Shown piece by piece: positions 49,760 to 51,765 of a stretch of DNA of 51,765 nucleotides; position 1 is the stretch's first letter; every line of letters starts with the position of its first letter. The stretch covers positions 1 to 51,765 of the forward strand of contig JBDRGF010000165.1 in the NCBI GenBank assembly GCA_043818055.1, written 5' to 3'. The notes under the pieces are model-generated. The model saw nothing but the letters and a program-made list of their open reading frames with translations. It was not told the DNA's origin and did not search any database. The translations under genes were made by a program, and so were the position numbers. The stretch is from Pseudomonadota bacterium (GTDB lineage Bacteria; UBA10199; 2-02-FULL-44-16; JBDRGF01).

Positions 49760-50713
49760 ATGTCGAAAATAGGAAATTTCAGAAATAAAACTAGGCCTCT
49801 GCAAATAGGTGCTCAACAGCAAATAGCTCCTCTATCTAAACCGCAAAATATGCCATCTACAAGCACGGTTCCCCCTGAACAAGGTTCTTCCCGAGGTTTC
49901 CTTATTAATCCGATCCTTCGCGGAACTTCCCAGGTCGCATCAGGTTATGAGCAGCCTATCGGTTTAACAGTTGACCTTGATTCAATTCTGGAGCGCATAC
50001 AAGCCTCAATTGAGACTGAAGTGGTCAATAATGATCCTTATGCCAGAGAGAGTAAATCAAGAGAGCTATTCGATTATTCGTTTGATGCTCTTATCTCTCG
50101 GTCAACTCAATTTCAAAAACCATGGCTCGAGTCGATAGGAGAAGCTGCGGAAAAAATTGAATTATGGATTAAAGAAACGTTAGGACTGTTAGCTAACGAC
50201 CTTAGAATTGGATTTGTTGGCGAAAGCCTATTAGACTTTTGCCCAAATCCAGATAGACCCGCTAAAATAGATATGGTTAAAGTTCAAATTAAAACATTAA
50301 AAAACGATCTTTTAATATCATGGCTATATATTTCAATGCCAAATACGAAGTTAGAGTTATTAGAGCAATTGAGCCATAGGATCTTAGAAATAAAAAATCC
50401 TCAACAAATCTCTAAAAAAGTTTATCTCCCGTTAGATCTTGAAAGTGCAGAACGTGAAATGATGAGTATTTGTCAAAAAGTCTTGGATGAAACGCTCTCT
50501 GCAACTGAGGCAGCTAAGTACACAATAACACGCAGCAGAGAATGGAATGAAGAGGGTAAGTATATGGGACGAACACCATATACTCGAATACTTGTTTTTC
50601 TTGAAAGGGACGGATCGCGTAACGTATGGATAACATACGAAGAGAATGCTCCTTTTAATATTGATGACAAAATGTGTCGAAAACGCCTTAAAGAAATTCT
50701 AACACGAAGTTGA
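49760..50713 (+). CDS. Hypothetical protein
   Basis: 317-aa ORF, AAGGAG RBS, low-complexity S/P/Q N-terminus. Confidence 0.78.
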   Translation: MSKIGNFRNKTRPLQIGAQQQIAPLSKPQNMPSTSTVPPEQGSSRGFLINPILRGTSQVASGYEQPIGLTVDLDSILERIQASIETEVVNNDPYARESKSRELFDYSFDALISRSTQFQKPWLESIGEAAEKIELWIKETLGLLANDLRIGFVGESLLDFCPNPDRPAKIDMVKVQIKTLKNDLLISWLYISMPNTKLELLEQLSHRILEIKNPQQISKKVYLPLDLESAEREMMSICQKVLDETLSATEAAKYTITRSREWNEEGKYMGRTPYTRILVFLERDGSRNVWITYEENAPFNIDDKMCRKRLKEILTRS

Positions 50714-50884
50714 ACCTCAAAGAAATTCCAATTTTGACAGATGCTGAATTACTATTAACAACTCTAGAGAGTCGTCTTGAGATTAAAAATCTCGATTTAA
50801 CAGTTGAATTCTCTAATGAAGTATCAGAAAACATGAAAACACTGACAACTGTTGATAGCATCCCCAGCTTCAATGAGTAAATCT

Positions 50885-50918
50885 ATATAGGAACTTTCTG
50901 AAAAGTTGGATGGGATAT
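50885..50918 (+). repeat. IS-end-like repeat, copy 2
   Basis: Matches 45655-45688. Confidence 0.5.
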
Positions 50919-51307
50919 GAAGTTGTATCCAAGCAGCGATTTTGAAAATCACGCCGTGTTTTTCTTTGATGACAAGCTAGTTTAACATGCAGACGCCTTA
51001 ATTTCTGTCAAATTATAGTGCAATAGTTAGCCTTGGAATGGTTTTGTCTATGAATATCTGCTGTTTTGGACCAGATTCTTAATCCGACAGCGAAAAAAGA
51101 GAGAAGCGAGTAAGAGCATGAAAGATATGAGAAAGCACAAGTAAGGGTGATGAAAAGGATTCACCGGATGGGTGAAAGATTAGGGGAGTTTAAGGACTTC
51201 ACCAGAAATTGTTCAGGATAGACAGAGAGACGTGATTTTTTGTGTAGTCAACGTGAATAGCAGAAGAGAATCATCGATCATCAGCAGCTCTTCATATCAT
51301 CGGAGTA

Positions 51308-51429
51308 GGGCTAAGAAGAAAATCTTATCCACAAGCAATTGATGATGAAAGTCCCTGACGGGATTTTTAAGGATCCCACAAGGGACATCATTTCTATGTT
51401 GCTTGTGGATAAGATTTTTTTCTTAGCCC
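51308..51429. repeat. 31-bp inverted repeat (MITE-like) with a DnaA box in each arm
   Basis: gggctaagaagaaaatcTTATCCACAagcaa ... ttgctTGTGGATAAga(t7)cttagccc, 1 mismatch. Confidence 0.7.
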
Positions 51430-51624
51430 GGGTTTCTGTTCATGTGAGAGGATTGAAGAAGGGATTATTCAGATAATTTTTATAATCACAGATTTGCGGA
51501 GATGTAGATGTAGTGGTGATAATCAGAGGATAAAAAAAGAAAAACTCCTTTTCTCTCGTTAAGAGAGCGTGTAAGATGATAGCTGAAAAGAGAAACCAAA
51601 TTACACAAAAAAAGGAGTTTTCCG

Positions 51625-51765
51625 ATGAAGAGAGTAACCCAGGGCGTATTAAAGTTCAAGCTTTCTGAGACAGAAAATAATTCACAGCTAACAAGCTATG
51701 CAGGAGTGCCTCTTGTTTACGAGCTCTACCGGAAGCTCAAACTTCCAAAGCTTATAAGAAAGCAT
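51625..51765 (+). CDS. IS1380-family transposase, N-terminus (runs off the window)
   Basis: AAGGAG RBS; MKRVTQGVLKFKLSETENNSQLTSYAGVPLVYELYRKLKLPKLIRKH; continues in the homologous remnant at 48826. Confidence 0.75.
   Translation, partial: MKRVTQGVLKFKLSETENNSQLTSYAGVPLVYELYRKLKLPKLIRKH

Noticed and set aside
194..50873. Numerous short ORFs overlapping or antisense to recognised genes
   Set aside because: Shadow frames without RBS or recognisable motifs
51308..51429. oriC
   Set aside because: Only two DnaA boxes, both within TIR-like arms among IS debris; no dnaA/dnaN context

Overview
Chromosomal window from a low-GC, Deltaproteobacteria-like bacterium (taxon inferred from gene content only). 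Core blocks: tRNA-Leu(TAG)-tig-clpP-clpX, coaBC, an M20 dipeptidase, tgt-yajC-secD-secF-recJ, queD-queC-DUF366-queE, a peptidase/WD40/Omp85 gene with a TPR-lytic transglycosylase, dtxR-feoA-feoB and ald. These are interleaved with two TA modules (HTH-MNT/HEPN and AbiEi/AbiEii), many REP/MITE-like palindromes, IS1380 remnants and about ten large orphan ORFs. Two linked observations stand out. (1) Five orphan genes or operons share an upstream motif G(C/A)AAC-N14/15-GNCGATAA, i.e. a sigma28-like -10 with a non-canonical -35. (2) Two copies of a group II intron domain I fragment (class C-like) lie antisense, with the 5' GTGTG abutting the GCAAC of that motif. The intron's putative EBS1 loop reads GCAAC, which suggests an intron that targets the upstream edge of these promoters. 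All assignments are by-eye motif recognition; no searches were run.
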